Part shown: positions 8,731-18,138 of the stretch, piece by piece
Layout of the letters: the number at the start of each line of letters is the position of its first letter
Numbering within the stretch: the stretch's first letter is position 1
Source: Chloroflexota bacterium
GTDB taxonomy: Bacteria; Chloroflexota; Dehalococcoidia; UBA2979
NCBI GenBank assembly: GCA_027593235.1
Contig: JAQCIU010000004.1
Location: forward strand, 64,001-128,000
Direction of reading: 5' to 3'
Length of the DNA stretch: 64,000 nt
Made by a program: the position numbers and the translations under genes
Notes under the pieces: model-generated
Databases searched by the model: none
Told to the model about the DNA's origin: nothing
Seen by the model: only the letters and a program-made list of their open reading frames with translations

Positions 8731-10187
8731 TAGCCCACCGAACCTTCCATCTGCAGTTCGATCAGGCGGTTCAGCTCGATCGCGTACTCCATCGGGAGTT
8801 CCTTCACGATCGGCTCAACGAAACCGTTCACGACCATCTTCGCCGCGTCCTCTTCCGGGATGCCGCGCGACATCAGGTAGAAGAGCTGCTCTTCACCGAG
8901 CTTCGAGACCGAGGCCTCGTGCCCGATGTTCACACGCTCCTCGTCGACCTCCATGGTCGGGTAGGTGTCCGAGCGGGAGTGCTCGTCGAGCAGCAGCGCG
9001 TCACAGCGGACGGTCGAGCTGGAGTTCTCAGCGCCCTCGTAGACCTTGAGCAGGCCGCGGTAGGAGCTACGGCCGGAGCCGCGCGACACCGACTTCGAGA
9101 TGATCGCCGAGGTGGTGTTCGGCGCGACGTGAACGACCTTGCCGCCCGCGTCCTGGTGCTGCCCATCGCCGGCAAACGCCAGCGAGAGAATCTCGCCGTG
9201 CGCCCGCTCGCCCATCAGGTAGACCGACGGGTACTTCATCGTGAGCTTGGAGCCCAGGTTGCCGTCGACCCACTCCATCACCGCGTCCTCGTAGGCGTAG
9301 GCGCGCTTGGTGACGAGGTTGTAGACGTTGTTCGACCAGTTCTGAATGGTCGAGTAGCGGACGCGAGCGCCCTTCTTCACAACAATCTCGACGACGGCCG
9401 AGTGCAGCGACGCCGACGAATAGATCGGCGCGGTGCAGCCCTCGACGTAGTGCACGTAGCTGCCCTCGTCGGCAATGATCAACGTGCGCTCGAACTGGCC
9501 CATGTTCTCCGTGTTGATGCGGAAGTAGGCCTGCAGCGGGACGTCGACCTTGACCCCCGGCGGCACGTAGATGAACGAGCCTCCGGACCAGACGGCCGAG
9601 TTCAACGCCGCGAAACGGTTGTCTCCGGACGGGATGATCGTCCCGAAGTACTCCTGGACGATCTCCGGGTACTCCGCGAGTCCCTGGTCCATGCCAAGGA
9701 ACAGAACGCCCTGCTTCTCCAGGTCCTCGCGGATGTTGTGGTAGACGACCTCGGAGTCGTACTGGGCGCCCGCACCGGCGAGGAACTGCCGCTCCGCCTC
9801 CGGGATGCCCAGCTTGTCGAAGGTGTCCTTGATGTACTCGGGGACGTCGTCCCAGCTCGTGGCGTCCTGGTCGGTCGCCTTCACGTAGTAGTGAATGTTG
9901 TCGAAGTCGATTTCCTCGAGCTCACCGCTCTCGGCCCACTTCGGGTTCGGGATTTCGAGGAACTGGCGGTACGCGTCGAGGCGGTACTCGAGCATCCACT
10001 CGGGCTCGCCCTTCATCCCCGACATACCGCGGATGACGTCCTCGTTCAGGCCCTTCTCGGCCATGAACAGCGGCTTCTCATCGTCGTGGAAGCCCCACTG
10101 GTATTCGCCGACCGCGCCGCGTGCGATGTCCTTGGACGTGGCTTCCTTGGACGCGATTTCCTTGGCGATGTCTTTGGACAGGGTCAT
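8730..10187 (-). CDS. sufB: Fe-S cluster assembly protein SufB
   Basis: [29 protein letters not shown] and GHEASVSK motifs; 485 aa, no intein. Confidence 0.97.
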   Translation of the reverse strand: MTLSKDIAKEIASKEATSKDIARGAVGEYQWGFHDDEKPLFMAEKGLNEDVIRGMSGMKGEPEWMLEYRLDAYRQFLEIPNPKWAESGELEEIDFDNIHYYVKATDQDATSWDDVPEYIKDTFDKLGIPEAERQFLAGAGAQYDSEVVYHNIREDLEKQGVLFLGMDQGLAEYPEIVQEYFGTIIPSGDNRFAALNSAVWSGGSFIYVPPGVKVDVPLQAYFRINTENMGQFERTLIIADEGSYVHYVEGCTAPIYSSASLHSAVVEIVVKKGARVRYSTIQNWSNNVYNLVTKRAYAYEDAVMEWVDGNLGSKLTMKYPSVYLMGERAHGEILSLAFAGDGQHQDAGGKVVHVAPNTTSAIISKSVSRGSGRSSYRGLLKVYEGAENSSSTVRCDALLLDEHSRSDTYPTMEVDEERVNIGHEASVSKLGEEQLFYLMSRGIPEEDAAKMVVNGFVEPIVKELPMEYAIELNRLIELQMEGSVG

Positions 10188-10966
10188 GCCGTGACCGCCT
10201 CTTCCGCGACGCCGAGTTCCTGAAGAATCGGGTCGTAACCGTTCGTTTCGATTTCCTTGGCGAGCGTGTAGTCGCCTGACTTCACGATCCGGCCGCCCAC
10301 GAGGATGTGCACGAAGTCCGGCGTGATGTAGTTCAAGATCCGCTCGTAGTGGGTGATGATCAGGATGCCGATGTCCGGCGTCCGCAGCGCGTTCACACCC
10401 TCGGCGACCGTCCGCAGCGCGTCTACATCGAGGCCCGAGTCGGTCTCATCGAGGATCGCGAGGCTCGGCTTCAGCATCCCGAGCTGGAGGATTTCGGCGC
10501 GCTTCTTCTCTCCGCCGGAGAACCCATCGTTCACGTAACGGCGGGCGAAGCTCTCATCCATCTTCAGCGTCGCCAGCGTCTCGCGCAGTTCCACCAGGAA
10601 CTCCCGCGCCGGTACCTCGGCGCCGCGCCGCGCCTTCAGCGCCTCGCGCAGGAAGTTCACCATCGTGACGCCGGGGATTGCCGTCGGGTACTGGAAGGAC
10701 AGGAACATCCCCAGCCGGGCGCGCTCGTCCGCGGGCATCCCCGTGACGTCCTGGCCCTTGAAGAGAATGTCACCGCTGTCGACGGTATACGCCGGGCTCC
10801 CGGCGATCGTGTTCGCCAGCGTGCTCTTGCCGGAACCGTTCGGACCCATCAGTGCGTGAATCTCGCCGGCGCGGATCGTCAGGTCCGCACCGCGGACAAT
10901 CTTCAGCTCCGGCTTGTTGACGATGCTTACATGAAGGTCGCGGACCTCCAGGATCGGGTCGCTCAT
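10184..10966 (-). CDS. sufC: Fe-S cluster assembly ATPase SufC
   Basis: [17 protein letters not shown] and LDETDSGLD motifs. Confidence 0.96.
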   Translation of the reverse strand: MSDPILEVRDLHVSIVNKPELKIVRGADLTIRAGEIHALMGPNGSGKSTLANTIAGSPAYTVDSGDILFKGQDVTGMPADERARLGMFLSFQYPTAIPGVTMVNFLREALKARRGAEVPAREFLVELRETLATLKMDESFARRYVNDGFSGGEKKRAEILQLGMLKPSLAILDETDSGLDVDALRTVAEGVNALRTPDIGILIITHYERILNYITPDFVHILVGGRIVKSGDYTLAKEIETNGYDPILQELGVAEEAVTA

Positions 10967-11032
10967 CGTTGCCTCTTCATCCCATCTCACCGGCGGTCGT
11001 GCCCGACCGCCGTCAATTGATCTCGTTCAAAC

Positions 11033-11707
11033 TCACCCTCGAAGCGAAACGCCCGAGGCAGGCCGTGCCAACGGCCGTCGTACTACGTACTCGCAGGCGT
11101 CGCCGCCACTGGCCATCGTCGAGGCCTGCACGACCGGCAGCCCGAGCAGGGCTTCGATCGCACCTCGGTCGGCGTCGCACATCGCGTGATTGCCCTCGGC
11201 GCACGAGCGTACCGGGCAGGTGGTGTTGCGCAGCACGACCAGGTCGTCCCGCTGCTCGACCAGCTCGAGGATCCCCTCCTCGTGCAGCACCGCGGTCACC
11301 TGCTGCACGCGCTCGTCGAACAGCTCGGCGGTCACGCGCGGCGCGTGTTCACGCGCCACGGACTCGCCCACGCGGTCGAAGATGAGGTTCATCAGCTCGG
11401 CGCCATCGAGGCCGGACACCTCGTCGCTGCCCATGCCGGACAGCGCCGGGTAGATGCGCTCCAACAACCGTGAATAGCGAGCGCCCGAGGTCTCCTCCTC
11501 GCCCGCTTCGCTCAGCGAGTAGCGGGTGACGGGGCGTCCACGTTGCTGACGGACCAGCTCGGTCTCCAGCAGACCCTCGGCGACCATGATGTCCATGTGG
11601 CGGCGGATCGATCCGGTGGAAACGCCCACCTCGGTCGCCAGATCGGCGGCCGTCGAGGATCCACGTTCCTGCAGCAAGCGGATCACCGCGTCGCGTGTCT
11701 GCTCCAT
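11033..11707 (-). CDS. sufR: SufR-type HTH transcriptional regulator
   Basis: N-terminal HTH with RGRP; C-terminal CP..C..C..C cysteines; first gene of the suf operon. Confidence 0.82.
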   Translation of the reverse strand: MEQTRDAVIRLLQERGSSTAADLATEVGVSTGSIRRHMDIMVAEGLLETELVRQQRGRPVTRYSLSEAGEEETSGARYSRLLERIYPALSGMGSDEVSGLDGAELMNLIFDRVGESVAREHAPRVTAELFDERVQQVTAVLHEEGILELVEQRDDLVVLRNTTCPVRSCAEGNHAMCDADRGAIEALLGLPVVQASTMASGGDACEYVVRRPLARPASGVSLRG

Positions 11708-11773
11708 GGCGCACCTCCCGCCTCGGTCCCCGCGCCTCGGGCAGAGCTGCCCCGTCGCATCGAACCTGAAGCC

Positions 11774-11802
11774 AAGCTATCGCCGGATCGAGGTGTAGTC
11801 AA
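11774..11802 (-). promoter_or_regulatory. Sigma70-type promoter of the suf operon
   Basis: TTGACT-N17-TAGCTT on the minus strand. Confidence 0.65.
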
Positions 11803-11814
11803 CGTTTCTATCGT

Positions 11815-11838
11815 TTTATTGCACTTAATGAGAATAAA
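11815..11838. promoter_or_regulatory. AT-rich imperfect palindrome, candidate operator
   Basis: TTTATT-gcacTTAAtgag-AATAAA just upstream of the suf -35 element. Confidence 0.5.
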
Positions 11839-11920
11839 GCCTCGAACCGGCACCGCTCCGGCGCTCGATTGACAACATCTGTGCTGGCATCCATCGTCGA
11901 TCGAGTGAGGGGAGCGTGAG

Positions 11921-12526
11921 ATGTCGCAGCTCCGAACGGTCGGTCTGATCGCGCTGTTCGCCTTCGTCTCCGCGCTCGTCGTCGTCACCCCGGCCCACGC
12001 CGAATCCCCATGGTTCGTCCTGATCGAACTCGACAAGGAATCTGGACCCACCATCGTCGACAATCGCCCTGCGGCGGTGATCGGCACCCAGGTGTCGCTC
12101 GATGTCGTGGCCGGGCTTCCGGCCGGAGGCCAGACCTTCGAGGATCTGCGAGGCCGTCTCTACTACAACCTGAAGCTGCTGTTCGGCGATCCGGGGACCT
12201 GGGAACCCTACCCCTCAACGCCGGAGTCATTGATCCGCCTCGAATGGGACGCGCGGCCGCTCGTCGTACTCGCGCGCTTCTATCCCGCGATCGGCACGAC
12301 CAGCGGGGCGCTCTTCGTCGTGTGGGACATGAACGCACCAACGAATTCCTACCGGATCCACCAACCCACTGAGTCTGACCTCATCGGCCTGAGCACAGCG
12401 GGCGTGCCGATCGTCGTATCCGAGGCCGGCGGACAGACCGCGCGCCTCGTGCTGATCGCCGCCCTCGGCGTCCCGCTCATCCTCGTGCTGATGCAGGGTG
12501 GGCGGCACCTCGTACGGCGCCACTGA
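11921..12526 (+). CDS. Hypothetical exported protein with C-terminal membrane anchor
   Basis: Signal peptide ending PAHA; C-terminal hydrophobic helix with RHLVRRH tail; GAGGGGAG RBS. Confidence 0.6.
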   Translation: MSQLRTVGLIALFAFVSALVVVTPAHAESPWFVLIELDKESGPTIVDNRPAAVIGTQVSLDVVAGLPAGGQTFEDLRGRLYYNLKLLFGDPGTWEPYPSTPESLIRLEWDARPLVVLARFYPAIGTTSGALFVVWDMNAPTNSYRIHQPTESDLIGLSTAGVPIVVSEAGGQTARLVLIAALGVPLILVLMQGGRHLVRRH

Positions 12527-12645
12527 CGACGAGGCGTGCCATTCGACCGTTGTCCGGCGCCGACCGCCCCCGTAGCATGCGGCGCGACGGTCACAAGACC
12601 CGACCGACAGCCACCCCAGCGCAACAACTCTCAGGGAGTCACACC

Positions 12646-13074
12646 ATGGCGGACGACGTACAGGGCCTGACGGTCGGCAGCACGGCCAGTTTCGAGAAGA
12701 CAGTCACCGCCGAGGACGTCGCCAGCTTTGCGCAGATCACGGGCGACACGAACCCGTTGCACACCGACGCCGCCTACGCGGCGCGCACGCGCTTCCAGCA
12801 GCCAATCGCGCACGGCATGCTCGGTGCCGGCGTCATCTCCGCCGCGATCGGCGCGAAGCTCGCCCCCGGCAAGGCGGTCATCTACCTCGGCCAGAATCTG
12901 CAATTCCGCGCACCGGTCATGCCCGGCGACACGATCACCGCGAAGGTCGAAGTGATCGAGGTCGACGCGGAACGCGGTCGCCTCAAGCTCAGCACCACCG
13001 TCTCCAACCAGGACGGCACCGACATCATTCGCGGCGAGGCCAACATCATGGTCGAAGCCTTGGCCGACGCGTAG
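12646..13074 (+). CDS. MaoC-family (R)-specific enoyl-CoA hydratase (PhaJ-like)
   Basis: FAQITGDTNPLH, IAHGM and FRAPV motifs. Confidence 0.9.
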   Translation: MADDVQGLTVGSTASFEKTVTAEDVASFAQITGDTNPLHTDAAYAARTRFQQPIAHGMLGAGVISAAIGAKLAPGKAVIYLGQNLQFRAPVMPGDTITAKVEVIEVDAERGRLKLSTTVSNQDGTDIIRGEANIMVEALADA

Positions 13075-13262
13075 CAGCACGGGCACTCGCAGACGCATCG
13101 ACGGGCAGAGTTCCCCGCTCGAATCGGTACCAACCGGAGCCGCAAAATCTAACCGCGTTTGGATGCGTGGACGCAGCAGTTCGATTACAAACGGGCAACA
13201 TCGCGTGACCCCACAACGCTCGCGCGGATTCCACACTCAGCACTGATCAGGGGGACGCAACG

Positions 13263-14006
13263 ATGGGCGCACTGGACGGACAGGTAGCAGTCGTGACCGG
13301 GGCCAGCCGCGGCATCGGCCGTGCCTGCGCGATTGAGCTGGCAAAGCAGGGCGCCAACATCGTCGTGAACTACACGTCGAACGCCGAGGCTGCCGAGTCC
13401 TGCAAGGCCGCGATCGAGGCGGAGGGCGTCAAGGCGCTCGTCATTCAGGCCGACGTCTCGAACCCCGAGGACGCACAACGCCTGATCGCCACCGCCGAGG
13501 AGCAGTTCGGCAAGGTCGACATCCTCGTGAACAACGCGGGCATCAACCGCGACAAGACCGTCCAGCGGATGTCCGTTGAGGACTGGCAGTCGGTGATCGA
13601 GACCGACCTGTCGTCGATGTTCTACTGCACCAACGCCGTCGTCACCGGCATGCGAGAGCGCAACTACGGCCGCATCATCAACATGTCCTCGATCATTGGT
13701 CAGATGGGCAACCTTGGACAGTCGAACTACGCGGCCGCGAAGGCCGGGATGATTGCGTTCTCCAAGTCCGCGGCCAAGGAACTGGCCCGCTTCAACATCA
13801 CCGTGAATGCGGTCTGCCCCGGCTTCGTGGCCACCGACATGGTTGAAGCGCTCGACGACAAAATCAAAGAGGCGCTCATCGCCCAGATCCCGCTGGGCCG
13901 CTTCGGCACCGTCGAGGAAGTCGCCAGCACCGTGCGCTTCCTCTGCACCGAGGGCAGTTTCTACACCGGCGCGCAGCTGAGCCTCAACGGCGGACAGTAC
14001 ATGTAG
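13263..14006 (+). CDS. Acetoacetyl-CoA reductase (PhaB) / FabG-type SDR
   Basis: TGASRGIG, NNAGINRD, NYAAAK and a C-terminal LSLNGGQYM typical of PhaB. Confidence 0.88.
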   Translation: MGALDGQVAVVTGASRGIGRACAIELAKQGANIVVNYTSNAEAAESCKAAIEAEGVKALVIQADVSNPEDAQRLIATAEEQFGKVDILVNNAGINRDKTVQRMSVEDWQSVIETDLSSMFYCTNAVVTGMRERNYGRIINMSSIIGQMGNLGQSNYAAAKAGMIAFSKSAAKELARFNITVNAVCPGFVATDMVEALDDKIKEALIAQIPLGRFGTVEEVASTVRFLCTEGSFYTGAQLSLNGGQYM

Positions 14007-14132
14007 CTCCCTGTTCGCCATCCGGCGGACGAACCAGACAGTCGCCCTGGCGGGCATCCGATCGCGAAGCCGCTCCCACCGAGCGGCTTCGCTGCATTCC
14101 GAGGACCGCCGACCCGCCGTACGATTGGCGCG

Positions 14133-14510
14133 ATGAGCAACTCCAACCTCGTGTGGTCCAGCGACGGCGGGCGGGCAAAGCCGCGCGCCGAGCCACCACG
14201 CCCCTCGCGACCTCCGAAGCGCGGGCCCAGCTCCCGAGGTGACACCGACTCGCTGCCCACCGATCCCGGCGACGGCTTCGTGCGGCTGCACCGCGGCAAG
14301 TCCGCGAAAGGCGGCAAGCCGGGCACCCTCGTCGTCGGCCTGCCCGGCACGGATGCCGATCTCGACGCCGTCCTCAAGCGCTGCAAGCAACGCATCGGGG
14401 CCGGCGGAACGCGGCAGCAGCGGGTGCTCGTGATCCAGGGCGATCACCGCGACAAGCTGAAGACGCTCCTCGAGGCCGACGGTCACAAGGTGAAGCTCGC
14501 GGGCGGCTGA
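14133..14510 (+). CDS. yciH: SUI1/YciH translation initiation factor family protein
   Basis: LVWSSDGG N-terminus, GAGGT, IQGDHRDK and VKLAGG motifs. Confidence 0.88.
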   Translation: MSNSNLVWSSDGGRAKPRAEPPRPSRPPKRGPSSRGDTDSLPTDPGDGFVRLHRGKSAKGGKPGTLVVGLPGTDADLDAVLKRCKQRIGAGGTRQQRVLVIQGDHRDKLKTLLEADGHKVKLAGG

Positions 14511-14557
14511 CGTTCGATCTACCCTCGGTCGCCCGCGCGGCCACCGAGGATTGCGGC

Positions 14558-15151
14558 ATGCCCCCCACTGCGAACGATCGCCCCCTGATCGGCGAGCGGA
14601 TCGTCGTGATCGGCAACACCTCCAGCGGCAAAAGCACGCTGGCGGCGCGGCTCGCCGAAATCGTCGGCGGAACGCACGTCGAGCTCGACGCACTGTACTG
14701 GCGGATCCCCTGCTGGCAACCGCCGGAGGCCGCCGACTTTCAGGCCGCCGTTCGCGACTCGATCGCCGGGACCCCACGCTGGGCCTCGAGCGGCAACTAC
14801 CTCGGCAGCGGCGCCCAGGAGATCCTCTGGCCGCTGGCCGACACCCTGATCTGGCTCGACATGCCGCTGCCGATGGTGCTGAGGCGCGTGGTGAAACGAA
14901 GCTGGCGCCGTTGGCGGGACGACGAGTTGCTGTGGGGCACTCAGCGAGAGAACTTCTGGGACCACCTCAAGCTCTGGACCGACGAGTCACTGATCCACTT
15001 CGCGATCCGCTACCACCGCCCAAAGCGGCGGCAGTACGCCGCCGAATTCACCGACCCGCGCTGGGCCCACCTGCGGAAGTACCGGCTGCGGTCCCCCAGC
15101 GCCGTCGCCGCATTCCTCGACCGCATCGAAGCGAACCCAACGCTCGCTTAG
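14558..15151 (+). CDS. Adenylate-kinase-like P-loop protein (FlaR/topology-modulation type)
   Basis: GNTSSGKST, ELDALYW, GNY and ADTLIWLD motifs. Confidence 0.85.
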   Translation: MPPTANDRPLIGERIVVIGNTSSGKSTLAARLAEIVGGTHVELDALYWRIPCWQPPEAADFQAAVRDSIAGTPRWASSGNYLGSGAQEILWPLADTLIWLDMPLPMVLRRVVKRSWRRWRDDELLWGTQRENFWDHLKLWTDESLIHFAIRYHRPKRRQYAAEFTDPRWAHLRKYRLRSPSAVAAFLDRIEANPTLA

Positions 15152-16320
15152 GAGCGTTCGAACACCTGCTTGCCGGTCTCGTGACGGCGGATGTACTCCC
15201 AGTCGAGCGTCGCGCCGAAGCCGGGGCCCGTCGGGACGCTGACGTTGCCGTGCTCGTCGATCGAATCGAGCTGCTCGTCGAAGTCCAGGTAGGCCGGTGG
15301 ACGGGACAGTTTCAACCGCGGGTGCACCAACCCGAGTTCGTAGTAGTTGCTGTTGCGGATCGCGGCCATGAGGTTGCGCCGTTCTGGCCCGCCGACGTGG
15401 ATCTCCGCGTCAAGCCCGAAACCCTCGGCCGCATGCGCGATCTTCATCCCGCCGGTGATCCCGCCGTCGTAGTCGGGGTCGATGCGGACGAAGTCGGTGC
15501 CGTCCGCGACGATGAAATCGACGTGCATCTCAAGACCGCGGATGTGCTCGGTCTGCAGCAGCGGGGTCCTGATCAGCTCGCGCAGTTTGCGGTGGCCGAA
15601 CGCGGAGACGCCGCCGTCACGGTACGGGTCCTCGAGCCACATGAAGCCGTACTCGTCACAGGCGCGACCGACCTTCACTGCGTCTGCGAACGTCAGCAGC
15701 GTGCTGGCGGGATCGAGCATGAGATCCATCTTGCCGCCGACGCGCTCGGCAACCGCCTTGAGTAGGTCGAGGCGCTTTCGCATCGGCGCCTCGCGCCACC
15801 AGTGGATCTTGTAAGCGGGGTAACCCATCTCAAGGCACTGCTCCGCGAAATCGGCGTACGCCTCGGGCGTGCTCAGGCCGTCGGGCTCGTCGTCGCCCAC
15901 CATCGTGCTGGCGTAGCAGGGCAGCTCGGTCCGGTACTCGCCGAGGAGCTGGTAGACCGGTGCATCGAAGAACTTGCCGGCGATATCCCAGAGCGCCATG
16001 TCGACCTGCGACATACCCATCCGCGCCTGCTGCTTCAGCGACAACTTCGCGTCGTTGTAGAACCGCTCCCGCGCGAGCGCGCTGCGACCGAGGAGCGCGT
16101 AGGCGACGTTCGCCACGCCCGCCAGTTCCGAGGCGTTGCCGCCGACGTACTCGCCGGTGATACCGAGGTCGGTTTCGATGCTCAGCACGCGCGAGCGGCG
16201 GGTCAGCTTGCCGCCCTTCTTGTAGGTCGGCATCCGCGTTTCGCGATGCGGCTCGATGTCCTGCAATTCGTACGAGAACTCGGTGATCTCGATCTTCGTG
16301 ACGATCGGTGCCTGGTCCAC
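15148..16320 (-). CDS. Mandelate racemase / muconate lactonizing enzyme family protein
   Basis: DMALWDIAGK, YKIH, LMLD, WLEDP and GGITG motifs. Confidence 0.9.
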   Translation of the reverse strand: MDQAPIVTKIEITEFSYELQDIEPHRETRMPTYKKGGKLTRRSRVLSIETDLGITGEYVGGNASELAGVANVAYALLGRSALARERFYNDAKLSLKQQARMGMSQVDMALWDIAGKFFDAPVYQLLGEYRTELPCYASTMVGDDEPDGLSTPEAYADFAEQCLEMGYPAYKIHWWREAPMRKRLDLLKAVAERVGGKMDLMLDPASTLLTFADAVKVGRACDEYGFMWLEDPYRDGGVSAFGHRKLRELIRTPLLQTEHIRGLEMHVDFIVADGTDFVRIDPDYDGGITGGMKIAHAAEGFGLDAEIHVGGPERRNLMAAIRNSNYYELGLVHPRLKLSRPPAYLDFDEQLDSIDEHGNVSVPTGPGFGATLDWEYIRRHETGKQVFERS

Positions 16321-16420
16321 GGTTCACCCTCCCCAAGATTTCGCTCCGTCGGGCAGCATAACGAGCGGGCGGCAGAGCGCCTCCTGGTCGTACCCTCGCG
16401 GGTCGAAGGGAGGCTTCGGT

Positions 16421-17056
16421 ATGGCGGAACGACTGCGCTTCTCGGCGGCGGCCGCGTACCGCCACCTGCGCGAGGCCGATCCGGTCGTTGGACGGCTGAT
16501 CGACCAGCACGGCCCCTTCACGCCCCGCCCGACCACCGATCCCTACGCCTCGCTGGTGCGGACCATCCTCTTCCAGCAGCTCGCCGGCGCCGCGGCCTCC
16601 GCGATCCAGAAGCGCCTCTACGCCAGGTTCGGCGACGAGACCCGCACGCCCACCCCGGCGGAGCTGCTCGCGACCAACGACGAGGACTTCCGAAGCGTCG
16701 GCGTGTCCCGCCAGAAAGCCGGATACCTGCGCGACCTCGCGCAGCACGTCGCCGGCGGCGAGCTGGACTTCGACCACATCGATGATTGGCCCGACGCCGA
16801 GGTCTCCGCCCACCTGGTCGCCGTCAAAGGCATCGGCGAGTGGTCGGCGCACATGTTCCTGATGTTCCAGCTCGGCCGCCCTGATGTGCTCCCGGTCGGC
16901 GACCTCGGTGTGCGCATCGGAATGCGTGTCGCGTACGACTTGACCGCCACGCCGACGGCGAAGGAGGCCCTCGTCATTGGCGAGCCGTGGCATCCGTACG
17001 CCTCGGTCGCGTCGTGGTACATGTGGCGCGCGGCCGAGACCGTGACGCCCGACTAG
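16421..17056 (+). CDS. alkA: DNA-3-methyladenine glycosylase II (AlkA family)
   Basis: ILFQQL, KGIGEWSA helix-hairpin-helix, PVGDLG and WHPYAS motifs. Confidence 0.9.
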   Translation: MAERLRFSAAAAYRHLREADPVVGRLIDQHGPFTPRPTTDPYASLVRTILFQQLAGAAASAIQKRLYARFGDETRTPTPAELLATNDEDFRSVGVSRQKAGYLRDLAQHVAGGELDFDHIDDWPDAEVSAHLVAVKGIGEWSAHMFLMFQLGRPDVLPVGDLGVRIGMRVAYDLTATPTAKEALVIGEPWHPYASVASWYMWRAAETVTPD

Positions 17057-17100
17057 CATCGCGATCCACTCGCTCGGAAGAGCCTGCCGCGGCACGTGCA

Positions 17101-17106
17101 TATAAT
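17101..17106 (+). promoter_or_regulatory. Consensus -10 element
   Basis: TATAAT about 45 nt upstream of the formyltransferase start. Confidence 0.5.
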
Positions 17107-17150
17107 CCGGCCCGAGCCTCGCGCCACCTCGTGAGGCACCAGCGGAAGGT

Positions 17151-18062
17151 GTGACCATGCGGATCGTGGTCTTCGGTCAGGCGGCATTCGGGCTCGACGT
17201 CTTCAACGCACTGCGCGAGGCGGGTGAGGACATCGTCGGCGTCTCGACCCCTCGGCAGAAGTCGCGGCCGGATCCGCTGTTCACGGCTGCAGGCGAAGCC
17301 GGCATCCCGGTGATCGAGACCCCCGACCTCCGCAAGGACGAACCGTTCCAGCAGTACCTCGACTTGAAACCCGAACTGCTCGTCTTCGCCTTCGTTACAG
17401 ACATCGTGCGCAAGCGGGTTCTCGATGCCGCAACGCACGGCGCGATTCAGTACCACCCCTCGCTGCTCCCGCTGCACCGCGGCCGTGCGGCGATGAACTG
17501 GCCGATCATCAGCGGTTCGACGAAGACCGGCCTCACCATCTTCTGGGTCGACGAGGGCATCGACACGGGCCCCGTCCTCTCCCAGCAGGAGTTCGCGATC
17601 GAGCCGGCCGACACTATGGGTTCGCTCTACTTCAACAAACTCTACCCGGCCGGCGTGCTGGCACTCGCCGATGGCGTGCGCCAGGTCCGAGAGGGCACCG
17701 CCCCGCGTATCGAACAGGACCACTCGCAGGCCAGCTACGAGCCGCCGTGCGGCCCCGAGCACTCGAAGATCGACTTCATGAAGCCAGGCCCCGTCGTCTT
17801 CAACCTGATCCGCGGCTGCGACCCATCGCCCGGCGCCTCCGTGCAGGACGGCGCGCGTCTGATCCGCCTCTACGACGCCGGCTACCGCCCCGGCGCACCT
17901 GACGAGGCGCCCGGCACCGTAATCGCCGCCGCCGACGGCAGCGTCGAAATCGCCGCGATCGGTGGCTTCATCACCGTCGGCCGCGCCCAGCTCGAAGGCG
18001 AACGCAAGACCGCCGCCGCGGATCTGCTCGCGGTTGGCACCGTCCTCGACCGACCTGCGTGA
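17151..18062 (+). CDS. Formyltransferase family protein (10-formyl-THF dehydrogenase N-domain-like / Fmt-like)
   Basis: GQAAFG, QYHPSLLPLHRG, IFWVDEGIDTG, ASYEP and IRGCDPSPGA motifs. Confidence 0.85.
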   Translation: MTMRIVVFGQAAFGLDVFNALREAGEDIVGVSTPRQKSRPDPLFTAAGEAGIPVIETPDLRKDEPFQQYLDLKPELLVFAFVTDIVRKRVLDAATHGAIQYHPSLLPLHRGRAAMNWPIISGSTKTGLTIFWVDEGIDTGPVLSQQEFAIEPADTMGSLYFNKLYPAGVLALADGVRQVREGTAPRIEQDHSQASYEPPCGPEHSKIDFMKPGPVVFNLIRGCDPSPGASVQDGARLIRLYDAGYRPGAPDEAPGTVIAAADGSVEIAAIGGFITVGRAQLEGERKTAAADLLAVGTVLDRPA

Positions 18063-18138
18063 GACCCCGCGACGCTAAGGCCGCCCGGCACGGCGGCCCG
18101 GTCGTCCGCGCCGGCGTCGCCGTTGACCGCGGCTGACG

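Noticed and set aside
8730-10187. Possible intein in SufB
   Set aside because: Normal length and continuous motifs.
8919-10223. Long antisense or alternative-frame ORFs (also 13185-14777, 18123-20066, 53651-55030, 57437-58837)
   Set aside because: Typical high-GC shadow ORFs overlapping well-supported genes, with no family motifs.
13075-13262. Possible ncRNA between the maoC and phaB-like genes
   Set aside because: No recognisable conserved motif or convincing structure.
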